A DNA stretch of 63,902 nt, filler included, from Octopus bimaculoides (taxonomy: Eukaryota), in the NCBI RefSeq assembly GCF_001194135.2. It is 5 parts of 5 records of this genome, joined end to end, with 100 filler letters (N's around TTAATTAATTAA, not from the genome) between each part and the next. Parts side by side here need not be neighbours in the genome. Positions count along the whole stretch, not along the records: positions 1 to 12,237 come from NC_068987.1; 4 more parts are not named here. The stretch is one strand, 5' to 3'. Made by a program: the position numbers and the translations under genes. Positions 1 through 11,169 of this stretch are shown piece after piece (position 1 is the first letter of the stretch; every line of letters begins with the position of its first letter). The notes under the pieces were generated by a model that saw only the letters and a program-made list of their open reading frames with translations, ran no database searches and was not told where the DNA came from.

Positions 1-314
1 AGTGGTGCTTTTCCCAGGCACGAACCCAAACTGCATCTCATCTAAACTGACTCGCTCCCTAAGCAGTTGAGCTATGACCCTCTCCGTGACTTTCATTGCC
101 TGATCTAAAAGCTTGATACCTCTGTAATTATTTGTATCTAAAGCGTCACCTTTACCTTTGTAGCAGTTGACTATGATGCTGCTACACCAGTCATTGGGTA
201 TGACTCCTTCGTGTATCACCTGGTTCGTAATACGGGTGACTAGGCTATAGCCGACACTGCTAGATATTTTGAGCATCTCTGCAGTGATTCCTGATGGGCC
301 GGGGGGCTTTCCCT
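1..314 (-). mobile_element. RTE-clade LINE reverse-transcriptase fragment, 5'-truncated, runs off the left edge
   Basis: Manual minus-strand translation: GPSGITAEMLKISSSVGYSLVTRITNQVIHEGVIPNDWCSSIIVNCYKGKGDALDTNNYRGIKLLDQAMKVTERVIAQLLRERVSLDEMQFGFVPGKSTT, with no stop. It overlaps the MQFSFVPGRSTT segment of the element at 8.3-9.9 kb. Confidence 0.88.
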
Positions 315-2103
315 GGGAGATCAATTATGATGTCAAAGAAATGGCAGCGTTTGTGGCTGATAATGAACACAAATAGAACGAGGATAAAAAAACTGTCTTC
401 AAATCCATTATTTCATCCAGTCATAGCGAGACTGGTAATCTCTTCTTTCTCAATTCTCCAGGTGGAACTGGCAAAACATTTATTATCAGTCTTATTTTGG
501 CAAAGCTGCAACAAAATAAACAGATAGCCCTTGTCGTGGCGTCAAGTGGAATAGCTGCAACTCTGTTAAATGGTGGACGCACAGCTCATTCGTGCTTCAA
601 ATTGCCTCTGGACCTTGCAAAAAAAAGACACAGCAACCTGCAATATCAGTTGTGGCACTACAAAAGCAAACATTCTCACCCAAGTGCAAACTGATCATTT
701 GGGATGAAGCGTCAATGAGTCATAAGGGGGTTTTTGAGGCTCTTGACAGATTACTTCAAGATCTGAGGTGCAACTCAAGGCTAATGGGCGGCCTAACAGT
801 ACTCCTTGCAGGAGACTTTCGACAAACACTCCAGTCATTCCAAAGGGAATGAGAGCAGATGAGGTAAGTGCGAGCATCAAATCTTCATACCTTTGGGGCA
901 AGGTTAGAAAGTTGAAACTTACAACAAACATGAGAGTGCAGTTAGGCGGTGATGCGCACATGGAGAACTTCTGCAGGAAATTAATGGATATTGGAAATGG
1001 TGCTGTAATTGTTGAGCAGGATGGGAAGACTAGTTTACCCTTTGGCAATTTGATGTCAAATATGCATGAACTATTGGTGAGAGTTTTCCCCAATCTGAAC
1101 ACACAGTTCAAAGACCATTGTTGACTGAGAAAACGTGCAATTTTGGCGCCAAAAAATGTCACAGTAGATGGCATAAACAATCACCTTCTGGAACAACTGT
1201 CTGACGATTGTCAAACATACAAGTCAATTGATACTGTGCTCCCATTGAATTCCTCAATAGCCTTGCATCTTCAGGTCTACCACTGCATGAATTGCATCTA
1301 AAGGTTGGAGCCCCAGTTATGCTTTTAAGAAACCTTGATCCTCCAAAATTATGCAATGGCATGAGACTTATTATCAAAAAATTGATGCAGACAGTGTTGG
1401 AGGCAACAATACTGACTGGGAAAGCAAGTGGTGAAGATGTTTTCATTCCAAAGATTCCTCTGATTCCTTCCGATACACAAATTGATTTCAAAAGGCTACA
1501 ATTCCCATTGAGATTAAACTTTGCAATGAGCATCAACAAAGCACAAGGTCAGACATTGGAAGTGGTAGGCCCCAATCTTGCAGAACCTGCTTTTTCTCAT
1601 GGATATCTCTATGTTGGATGCTCTAGAGTTGGAAATCTGGAAAATTTATTCATCTATGTACCCAATGGCAAAACCAAAAACATTGTGTATCATGAAGCCC
1701 TGCAACACTGAAATTGTGGAACAAAGATGCCTCTTCCTCTGACAACCTCTCTCCTCAACCTCCTCAACCTCTCTCGACAACCTCTGACAATCTCTCTCGT
1801 CAACCTCTGACAACCTCTCTTGCCAACCTCCAAAAACCTCTCGACAACCTCTCTAGACAACATCCGATGACCTCTCTTGCCAACCTCCGACAACCTCTCT
1901 CACCAACCTCCGACAATCTTTTTCACCAACCTCCGAAAACTTCTCTCTCCAACAATCTCTTCCTCCTCCAGTTTTTGTACGTTTTTGTGACAGAAAATAC
2001 ACCTTTTGTGGCACTTATAACAAAATTGCTTTCTTATATCAGAGTCATAAGGTGTTTCAACAGAATATCTTTACCCCCAGGAATTACCAGGTACACCAGC
2101 TAG
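315..2103 (+). mobile_element. Helitron 3' portion: frameshifted Pif1-like helicase pseudogene plus 3' terminus
   Basis: Walker A PGGTGKT at 458-478; ASSGIAATLLNGGRTAHS; IIWDEASM; LLAGDFRQ; [15 protein letters not shown]; [20 protein letters not shown]; [13 protein letters not shown]; stop at 1711. Terminus is a decayed tacc..ggta hairpin (2072-2093) followed by CTAG (2100-2103) and a flanking T. Confidence 0.92.
1722..1960 (+). repeat. Degenerate C/T-rich minisatellite inside the Helitron 3' region
   Basis: Recurrent ctctcgacaacctct / ctctcttgccaacctcc motifs between the helicase stop and the CTAG end. Confidence 0.75.
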
Positions 2104-2489
2104 TATATACATATACACATAGATATACATATATGCTATTTGTTATTTTTTACATCTAAAACTCTTAACATGGTTCGAATCTTCCAAAGTACTGTTTAGA
2201 TAGCAACCTGATTGAAACATGTGTAGGCACTTCTTATGCTTGATGATGATGATGATGTACGTTCATTTAAATTTTATTTGTATTAAACTATTTGCTTTGT
2301 TCATATTGTGATACAAATAAAATAAGTATCCACAATATTTTTCCTCCATTTTCTTATAGTAATAAATGTATATTAGACTATCTATCCCTATATATTGAGA
2401 GAATTCTTTCAATATATCATTGATAACACCAGTTGATCTTTGGATTTTATAATCCTAAAGAGGACACTATATCCTCAAACTGACTATAC

Positions 2490-2525
<36 letters not shown>

Positions 2526-2576
2526 GTGTGTGTGTAAAATATGTATGTGTGTGTGTGTGTGTATACATATATATAT

Positions 2577-2624
<48 letters not shown>

Positions 2625-2629
2625 TCATC

Positions 2630-3045
2630 ATCATCATCATCATAGTTTTAATGTTCACTTTTCCATGCTTACATGAATTAAATAGAACTTATGAAACAAA
2701 TTTTCTAAGGCTGGATGCCTTTCCTGTTGACAACCCTCACCTGTTTCCAAGCAAAGTAATATTTCCTTATGACCATACATGTTTTTGCAAAATATTGGAA
2801 TTGTATGACAGTAGCACTCATTTACAACTATCATGTGGTGTCAAGACAAGGCGATACAAGCATACACACACCTCACACACATGTGTACATATGCAATAGT
2901 CTCCTTTTAGTTTCCATCTACTAAATCCACCCACTCACACAAGACTTTGGTCAGCCTGGAGCTATTGTAGAAGACACTAGCTGAAGGTGCTAGGCAATGG
3001 CCCTGGACTTGAAATGTGGTTGGAAAGCAAACTTCTTAACCATAT
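2630..3045 (-). mobile_element. tRNA-derived SINE, type 1b (RTE-like 3' tail ending in (GAT)n)
   Basis: Same head and CORE-like block as other copies (gaagacac, aaatccac, tgtggttggaaagcaa). Its tail aatgttcacttttccatgc next to (CAT)n is homologous to the RTE 3' end at ~8370. Confidence 0.7.
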
Positions 3046-3434
3046 CCTCCTCCGACACACACATATTGTATATCAAAGATAAGATAGAGTTTTGTATTTT
3101 ATCTTCCAGTATAACAGATACTGAATCCCAATTTTTATTTATCTGATATATACTGAAGTATAATGCAATCCAGTGAGCTACCACTTCATTTTGGTTTCTA
3201 TAGTAACAACAGTGACAGCAATGACCATGTAGTTTAGAAGTTTGCTTCACAAACATATAGTTCTGGGTTTCATCTCACTACATGGCCCTTTGGACAAGTT
3301 TCTCCTACCATAGCCTCAGGTGTGCTGTTATCTTGTGAAAAGGATTTGGTACATGAAAGTTGTGCAAAAGCTCTGTGTGTGTGTGCGTGTGAGTGTGCGC
3401 ACGTGCATGTGTGTGCATGCACATGTATCTTTTC

Positions 3435-3663
3435 GGCGGCAAGCTGGCAGAAACGTTAGCACGCTGGGTGAAATGCTTAGCGGTATTTCGTCTGCCGTTA
3501 TGTTCTGAGTTCAAATTCCGCTGAGGTCAACTTTACCTTTCATCCTTTCGGGGTCGATAAATTAAGTACCAGTTACGCACTGGGGTCGATGTAATCGACT
3601 TAATCCCTTTGTCTGTCCTTGTTTGTCCTCTATGTTTAGCCCCTTGTGGGCAATAAAGAAATA
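3435..3663 (+). mobile_element. tRNA-derived SINE, type 2
   Basis: ggcggcaagctggcagaaacgttagcac...gagttcaaattcc (B-box-like)...cctttcatcctttcggggtcgataaattaagtaccag...ccccttgtgggcaataaagaaata; near-identical copies at 55121-55350 and 61699-61934. Confidence 0.85.
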
Positions 3664-4191
3664 GCACATGTATCTTTTCCTGATATCTTTCAGCAAAAGA
3701 TATAAACATAGTAAGGAAACTGCAAAACCACTACTTTCGGAAGAAGGTTTCCAGAGATATTTGCTGTATACCGAGTAACAGATATCTTGGCATTCTCATT
3801 GACTGAAATCTGTGGTAGACTATTTTGAAATGTGATCAATGACACTATTGTTCAGAAATCATTTTTGGGCTGTACAACAACTGAGAGATAAATCACAACC
3901 ATGAATAAGATGTTTGTCTATTGCAGATAAGATTTACTCATTTCCCTCAGTGACTCAATGAAATAGTCTTAAGTGTTAGTACAGTCACTGCTTACAACAC
4001 TAAACTATATGACCTTGTGGTGACCAGTTTACAGTCAATAAACTGAGCCATTAAGAGCTATGTGAAAAAGACAATCAAGAGAGTGCAATGTTAGAAACAC
4101 AATATGAAGATGAAAGGTACCCAACTGACCCAGTTACTCATAGATCAATATAAAAAATGGTTAATTAATAAAGTTGGAAGTATTTACTTAC

Positions 4192-4362
4192 CTGAGGTAT
4201 GTATTTGATAAAAGTGACAAATAACTTGACATAGGATAGGTAATACAGAAACTGTAACCAATTAATTGCCTTTGCTCCAGCAACAATTAAGGAAATTAAA
4301 ATAAATAGTATCATTAGAATTATAATCACTTGACCAATCTTGGATACTTTTTGATTTCCACG
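4192..4362 (-). CDS. CTNS: Cystinosin internal exon, equivalent to human CTNS exon 10 (171 nt, phase 0-0)
   Basis: Acceptor (T)n ggtag and donor CAG|gtaagt. Translation RGNQKVSKIGQVIIILMILFILISLIVAGAKAINWLQFLYYLSYVKLFVTFIKYIPQ aligns with human RGGQRVS...[23 protein letters not shown]: same 57-codon length and second PQ-loop motif. Confidence 0.95.
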
Positions 4363-4656
4363 CTACCAAAAAAAAAAAAAAAAAAATATTAATAATTTCT
4401 TACATCAATATTGTATATGACTATAAATATTGCTGGTGTGTTGTAGACAATTTAATCTATTGTAATCTTTACTGGCATTTGTTTTTATTGACTATAAAAT
4501 ATAAAGGCAAAAGTAGTCTCATGGGAGTTTGAACTCCTGAAGAATAGCAATAATGACTTCTCAGGTATGCTAGGTTAAAATGAGCTTAATATACTACATG
4601 TAGTCATCCCTGGTATATCATATGTGCGTGTGAGTGTGTGTGTATCTATGTATCTT

Positions 4657-4702
<46 letters not shown>

Positions 4703-4730
4703 GGTATATATATATGTGTGNNNNNNNNNN

Positions 4731-4766
<36 letters not shown>

Positions 4767-4834
4767 TATATATATATGTGTGTGTGTATATCTATATGTG
4801 TGTATATTTATATATGTGTGTGTGCATGTATTCT

Positions 4835-4993
4835 TTTATTCTTTTACTTGTCTCAGTCATTTTACTGTGGCTATGCTGGAGCACCATCTTTAGCCAAACA
4901 AATCGACCCCAGGACTTATTCTTTGTAAGCCAAGTACTTATTCTATCAGTTCCTTTTGCCGAACTGTAAAGTTATGGGGACATAAACACACAC

Positions 4994-5072
<79 letters not shown>

Positions 5073-5177
5073 ACTTTTTTCAGTTTCTATCTACCAAATC
5101 CACTTGCCCAAGGTGCCACACAGTGGGACTGAACCCAGAACCATGTGGTTGGGAAGCAAGCTTCTTACTACACAGCC
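4835..5177 (-). mobile_element. tRNA-derived SINE, type 1, with expanded internal (TA)n and a partial internal deletion
   Basis: cttttacttgtctcagtcat...ctggagcacc...gacttattctttgtaagc, then (TA)n, then caaggtgccacacagtgggactgaaccc...cacagccac. Confidence 0.8.
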
Positions 5178-5188
5178 ACTTCTGCACC

Positions 5189-5220
<32 letters not shown>

Positions 5221-5237
5221 TAGAAATAACAACAAAT

Positions 5238-5548
5238 GGATTGTGGTTCACTACAGCTGTTTCAAACGTCTTTTTATTGATGCATAGCAGTATTATATAA
5301 TGTGAAAAAAACCTTTTCATCAGGTGAATATATGCAAAGATTAAATATTTTGAACATCTCAATTCCACAGCAAAAATGCCAACTTTGGTCGGTAGGCAAA
5401 AAATGGCAATTCTGCTTTGGAATTGAGATGTTCAAAATGTTTAATTCTTACATGTATTCATCTGATGAAAACAGTGTTTTCGCATGATGTAAGACTTCTA
5501 TTTATCAATAAAAAACATATCTGAAACAGCTGTAGTGAACCACAATCC
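5238..5548. mobile_element. Foldback/MITE-like palindromic element
   Basis: Perfect 27-bp inverted ends ggattgtggttcactacagctgtttca (5238-5264) and tgaaacagctgtagtgaaccacaatcc (5522-5548). Internal symmetric blocks include ttttcatcaggtgaata/tattcatctgatgaaaa and tttgaacatctcaattcc/ggaattgagatgttcaaa. Confidence 0.8.
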
Positions 5549-5844
5549 TTCTGTTGGCATTTGTTTATCATTCACCTAACTTGGAATCTGCAATTAGCAA
5601 TTGACTGCAGTACAATTGGTGCAGTGTCTGTACCCATGTGCAGCCTTGAGACTCATTGTATATTCAGTCGACCATTTGTGATTGTACACACAACTGCAGT
5701 ATAAATCTGTGCTTACTTAAGTAAGTATGTATTTGTTCTTCAAATATTGTTTGTATGCAATAGCAATTTCAATGACCCAACCTTGGTGCTTTACTGTTTT
5801 AGGACCTAATTCATTTGAATCCTGAATAAACATACATAAATACA

Positions 5845-6180
5845 TGTCCATGCTGGCATAGGTTGGATGGTTTGACCAGAGCTGGCAAGCTGGAGAGCTG
5901 CACCAGGCTCCAGTTTGATTTGGCCTGGTTTCTATGGCTGGATGCCCTTCCTAATGCCAACCACTTTACAGAATATGCTGGGTGCTTTTACATGGCACCA
6001 CATGGGCACTTTTACATAGCACAGTACAAGTGCTTTTGTGTGACTCTGCATGACTGCTTTTATGTGGTACTGCATGGGCACTTTTACACGGTACCTCACA
6101 AGTGCTTTTAAGTGACACTGCATGGGTACCTTTATGTAGCACCACCACGACTGCTTTTTAAGTGGTACCAGCACAAAACT
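5845..6180 (-). mobile_element. RTE 3'-UTR-like fragment with a tandemly amplified ~21-22 bp unit
   Basis: catgctggcataggttgga...ggctggatgcccttcctaatgccaacc followed by repeated (g/t)gcttttac(a/g)tggcac-like units from 5980 to 6175. Confidence 0.6.
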
Positions 6181-6214
6181 CTTGTAGGTCAATCCTCTCC
6201 ACCAGGAAGACTGG

Positions 6215-6693
6215 ACTGGACTGCTTTTGATCTTCTGTGAGCAAGTGAGGCACAAATTTTGCTGCAACTCTTTCATTCACAATTTTTCACTCAAAATTCA
6301 TTGGCAGGAGCTCCAGGTCACACCAGTCATGTCAACAAGTTTGTCAATTGTTCAGTAATGGTCCTCCAAGATTGGTTCATGAATTTTCATGATGCTTTCA
6401 TTCACTCAGAAGGTCATGTGACCATTTCTAATGCATAAAAACCAGTTGTAAACTTGTGTTTTGCTCATGGCAGCGTCCTTGTAAGCTGTTTGAAGCATGA
6501 TAACTGTTTCAGCCATTGCAAAAATTGACAAACAGAGAAGCACTGCAAAACAAAGATGCACCATGTAGTAATACGACTAGACTAGACTGATGCCTGAGGG
6601 TTGCATCAAGTGGCTTCTAGTGGCAGAAGCCTGAATTACAATGGGCTTGTCCCACAGAGAATGTTTCTAGCTACATTTGGGTACCCCCTCATA
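6215..6693 (-). mobile_element. Decayed mariner transposon, left end plus N-terminal HTH region
   Basis: TA + TGAGGGGGTACCCAAA TIR-like end at 6676-6693. Minus-strand translation with stops and frameshifts: AETVIMLQTAYKDAAMSKTQVYNWF...TIDKLVDMTGVTWSSCQ*ILSEKL, then a frameshifted AKFVPHLLTEDQK. Confidence 0.8.
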
Positions 6694-7013
6694 TACACAT
6701 ACACACATATATATCTATATCCTTAGCTATGAAGTAAGATCAGAACATATAATCAACCAGGAAAATTGAGGGAAAACAGTATATGTCATGTCCAAGAAGA
6801 TAAAACAATATATGAAACAACGAGGTTTGAATTCATGAACATGTGGTAGTTGGTTCATCCTTGTCATCTCTACATCCATTGTGACTCACACCTTAAAACG
6901 GTCTATCCCAGTTTGTATGAAATAGCTTATTGAGTATGTTAATTATTTTTGCATATGGTTATTTAATAAATTTTTACACTATATTTCAAAAATACGAACC
7001 ACTTTAAACTTAC

Positions 7014-7133
7014 CTCATATACATAAATTTGACCAATAGTGAACAAGGAGATAAATGTTGCATGTATAGTAAAGACTACATCATTGAGTTGAACTGGGAG
7101 AACACCATAAGGATTATCATGAAAATACAGTTT
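7014..7133 (-). CDS. CTNS: Cystinosin internal exon, equivalent to human CTNS exon 9 (120 nt, phase 0-0)
   Basis: Acceptor ttccatttcag and donor GAG|gtaagt. Translation KLYFHDNPYGVLPVQLNDVVFTIHATFISLFTIGQIYVYE aligns with human ...[34 protein letters not shown]; both exons are 40 codons and end on Glu. Confidence 0.95.
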
Positions 7134-7387
7134 CTGAAATGGAAAAAATATATAAATTGCCTTAAAAAAATCAAATGCATCATTCATCTATTAAATACTT
7201 TGCTGAGTACACATATTATATCTTGATATATCTTCTAATGGTATTCATACCTTTAACATTGCAGCCCATGACACTGAAATTAAATACTGTAAACCTGGTA
7301 CTCTATTCTTTCAGACATCTCTACTGATGGAGATGTACTTGTTTGGTAAGTGACCTGATCTGAAACTGTACTGAAACTAAAACAACT

Positions 7388-7731
7388 GCAGCATCGAAGA
7401 CACATTGTAGCCATTCAAAAACATACAAAATCTGTTAAATTCATTTAACTATTTATTACACTGATACAGTTCCACTGCAGTGAGTTATGTCAGTGCCCAG
7501 GTTGCAGACAGTATGATAAAAATTTTGACACCAACTATTTATTACACTTGGTGTCAAAATTTTTATCATACTGTCTGCAACGTGGGCACTGACATAACTC
7601 ACTGCAGTGGAACTGTATCAGTGAACAGCTTACAGATAGTGCAATGGAAATTTTAACAAATAATAAACGACTGAGTGAAGTTAACAGTTTTTGTGAGTTT
7701 CTGAATGGCTAACATGTGTATTCTATGCTGT
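7388..7731. repeat. Nested inverted repeat: diverged outer arms around a near-perfect 76-bp hairpin
   Basis: Inner arms 7459-7534 and 7548-7623 have 1 mismatch and a 13-nt loop. Outer arms ~7388-7458 and ~7661-7731 are visibly homologous but diverged (gcagcatcgaagacacattgtagccattc vs reverse complement gtacagcatagaatacacatgttagccattc). Confidence 0.92.
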
Positions 7732-8311
7732 ACTCGTTAAGTAACTGTTATAAAATAATTACTTATCTCTTCTGATGGGGCATGTAGCTAGGTTTTTTAA
7801 GGAACATTTTCTGTCTTTTGCACAGAAGTGAATTTTTTTATAGCTGAAGACTGCAATGAATTTACTCTAATCAAATAGGGCTGCATTGAAGGAAATTTTA
7901 GTTGATAGGGGAAATTGTAATTACATTAACTGAAAATGTAATTATTGAAGTCAGAGAAACTGACCTTTCTTTCATCAATGAGCTGTTATTCTCAACTGAT
8001 TGTTTGGGTAAAATTCAGGAGTAGCAGCAGCAGTGTTTGTTGAAGCTGGTAAATTTTCTTGGTCAGTTGGGGAGTGGTTATTTATAGAATACTTTTCTTT
8101 TGAATTGATTCTACATACTTTATAGTCACATGGCTTTTTGATAGATTTCAGAGTTGGTTATATTATTTGAATTTTTGTGAAGGTTATTAATAGTAGTAGT
8201 GGATAATTAGTAGACAGTCAGAACCATGTGGTTATTAAAAGAAGCAGTAAGTTGTATTTAAAATTTTTCTAACTTATTACTATTGTTGTTTTAAAGTGTT
8301 TTTAGGTTATA

Positions 8312-9912
8312 CATCATCATCATCCCCATCCCCATCATCATCATCACCATCATCATCATCACCATCATCGTTTTCCATGCTAGCATGGGTTGGACAGGGC
8401 ATGGAAGTCAGTCAAGGTGGTGCTGGTATCAGTTACGTTCGGATGCTGCTTTTTACGTGCCACCGGCACAGGTATCACAACTACAATTTCCATTTGATTT
8501 TCATTTTGATGTTGATGTACTTGACTCAAGAGGTCTCCTCAAGCACAGCAGGTCGCCCACGATCCAAGTACTTTTGAATGAGCTGGGGCTGGTTATAGGA
8601 TACAGCCGTGAATTCACTTTATTTGCTGGGTCTCCACAGTCACAGCATATCTCCAGAGGTCTCGGTCTTTCGTCATCGCCTCTGTGAGGCCCAACGTTCA
8701 AAGGTCATTCTTCACCACCTCATCCCATATCTTCCTTGGTCTACCTCTACTGTTTGGGAGTGGTACTTCTTCACACAGCTCTGCTCATCCATCCATAGTA
8801 CATGACCATACCAGCGCAAATGTCTCTCTTACATGCCACATCCGATGCTTCTTATGTCCAACATTTCTCTCAGGGTGCTTACACTCTGTCGTGTGTGCAC
8901 ACTGACATTACACATCCAGCAGATCATGCTAGCTTCATTTCTTTTGAGCCTATGCATGCCCTCCGCAGTCACGGCCCATTTTTCACTGCTGTGAAGCATG
9001 GCAGTTCACACACATGCATCGTACAATCTACCTTTCACTTTGAGTGAGAGGCCCTTTGTCACCAGCAGGGGTAGAAACTTTCTAAACTTTGCCCAGGCTA
9101 TTCTTATTCTAGTGGTAACACCCCCACTACTAAGTTGGTCACCTAGGTAGCGGAAGCTATCAACTACTTCTAGTTTCTTCCCCTGGAGGGTGATGGAATC
9201 TGTTTTCTGAGCATCTGTGGTGTCTATTGCCCCTGTGCATCTGCCGCACAGGAAAGCTATCTTCCCGGTTAATCTTCCTTTGATGTTGCTGCACCTCTTA
9301 TGTGTCCATATCATACACTGGGTACATCTTATGGAGTTTCTACCTACACCTATTCTACAGATCGAGCAGGTGTGTGATGAGTTTGCCTTCCTACTTACTA
9401 GAACTTTGGTCTTTGCTACATTCACTCTAAGGCCTTTTGATTCTAAACCTTGCTTCCACACTCGAAATTTCTTCTCTAGTTCTGGTGTGATTCTGCTATG
9501 AGGGCCAGGTCATTAGCATAGAGGAGCTCCCAGGGGCAACCCGTCTTGAATTCCTGTTATTGCCTGGAGGACTGAGGGCTGATCCTCGGTGGACCCCTAC
9601 TTCTACCCGGAATTCTTCACTATACTCATTGCTGATCCTAACCTTACTAACGGCCTCTCTGTATAGGACTTGTATAGCCCTTATTAACCATTCGTCTATC
9701 CCCAGTTTCCGCATCGCCCACCAGATAAGAGATTGGGGGACCCTGTCAAAGGCTTTCTCCAAGTCCACAAAAGCTAAGTATAGGGGTTTATCTTTAGCTA
9801 GGTATTTCTCCTGCAGTTGTCGAACCAGGAATATAGCATCAGTGGTGCTTCTACCCGGAACGAAACTGAACTGCATCTCATCTAAGCAGATTTTCTCCCT
9901 AATAAATTGAAT
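8312..9912 (-). mobile_element. 5'-truncated RTE-clade LINE (RT, C-terminal region, 3' UTR, (GAT)n tail)
   Basis: MQFSFVPGRSTTDAIFLVRQLQEKY...AFVDLEKAFDRVP...VGVHRGSALSP; WKQGLESKGLRVNVAKTKVL; LEVVDSFRYLG; IRIAWAKFRKFLPLL. (CAT)n at 8312-8368 is the tail. Frameshifted. Confidence 0.92.
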
Positions 9913-10619
9913 TCGCTTCTTATATTCTTTATATGCATCTTTATTATTATAGTCATTATAATTGTTTAGAGAAAAAAGTTTATTGAAATTACATAAATTA
10001 ATGCATTCTATTATTTAAATTTTTTAAAAAGAAAACATTGATTGTGTAAGCATTTAAAACTTCTTTCTTATCTAGTGTTAACTAATTTATTTTTCAAAGT
10101 AAATATTTGGTATCACTCCTCCAGGCAGAAATTACATCTTTCATCCCCTATTCTATAAAGTTTTACAGTACTAATAATTTCTTATTTTAATGAATACTTA
10201 ATATTTTCACCCTTGAGCGACCATATAAGCTTGCTAAGACTTGTTGAAAGTTCTCTAGTATTGTTTCTAAGCAAACTTTCATCAACGAAAGGTCATAGTT
10301 TACTACTAGCAAGCCTAATTCAAACTAATAATGGAGGAAAATTCCTCTTTAAACAATATCATTTTTATATACCCTGAAGAGATTGTACTAATAATGCATA
10401 TATTACTGCATATAATATACAACAATATGCAATTAGTATGGGTGAAACAGATGTTGGATAATTATTATAAATAAGCTAACTGGAAATAAACGCAGAGTTT
10501 GAATGTTCAAATTCTTTATTCGCCTTATTATCAATACTATATATTTATATATATAGAAGCAGTGTAGGTATAGGCACAGACATGGTTATAGGTGTAGGCA
10601 TGGCATAAGTATAGACATG

Positions 10620-11062
10620 GTTGTTGGAGCAGGTATGGCTGTGTGGTTGAGAAGCTTGTTTCCCAGTCGTGAGGTCTCAGGTTCAGTCCCACTGTGCAAC
10701 ATCTTGGGTGTCTTTGACTACAGCCCTGAGCCAATTAAAGACTTGTGAGAGGCTTTGGTTGATGGAAACTGAAAGGAGCCAGTGTGTGTGGGTAAGTATG
10801 TGTCTGCAAGTGTGTGTATATGTCTTAACATTATGTGATAATAGTAAATGAGTGTCACTGTCATATATGCAGTGTCTGTCATTCCTTTCCAATATCCTAC
10901 AAGAATATGTCTGGCCATGGAGTAATATTACCATGATTGGAAACAAGTAAGGGTTGGTGATAGAAAAAGCAGCCAGATGTGAAAATCTACCTCAATAAAC
11001 TCTGTCTAACTTATGGAAGCTTGGAAGAGTGGGGATTAAAACAATAATAATGATGATGATAT
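10620..11062 (+). mobile_element. tRNA-derived SINE, type 1b
   Basis: gcaggtatggctgtgtggttgagaagcttg...ggttcagtcccactg head; ggaaacaagtaagggttgg...tggaagcttggaagagtgg...taatgatgatgat tail. Confidence 0.7.
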
Positions 11063-11169
11063 ATACATGTGTGTGTGTGTGTGTAGCTTAGACTATAAGA
11101 GAGCAACAAAGATAGTTGTCTTAGAGGAGATACTTAGAAAGGACATCTAGTCTCATACATGGGCCCAAT

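Noticed and set aside
3731-3802. Possible alternative terminal CTNS exon (SMRMPRYLLLGIQQISLETFFRK-stop)
   Set aside because: Weak polypyrimidine tract and no similarity to cystinosin exon 11 (AYMN...GWSIGNVLLDFTGG).
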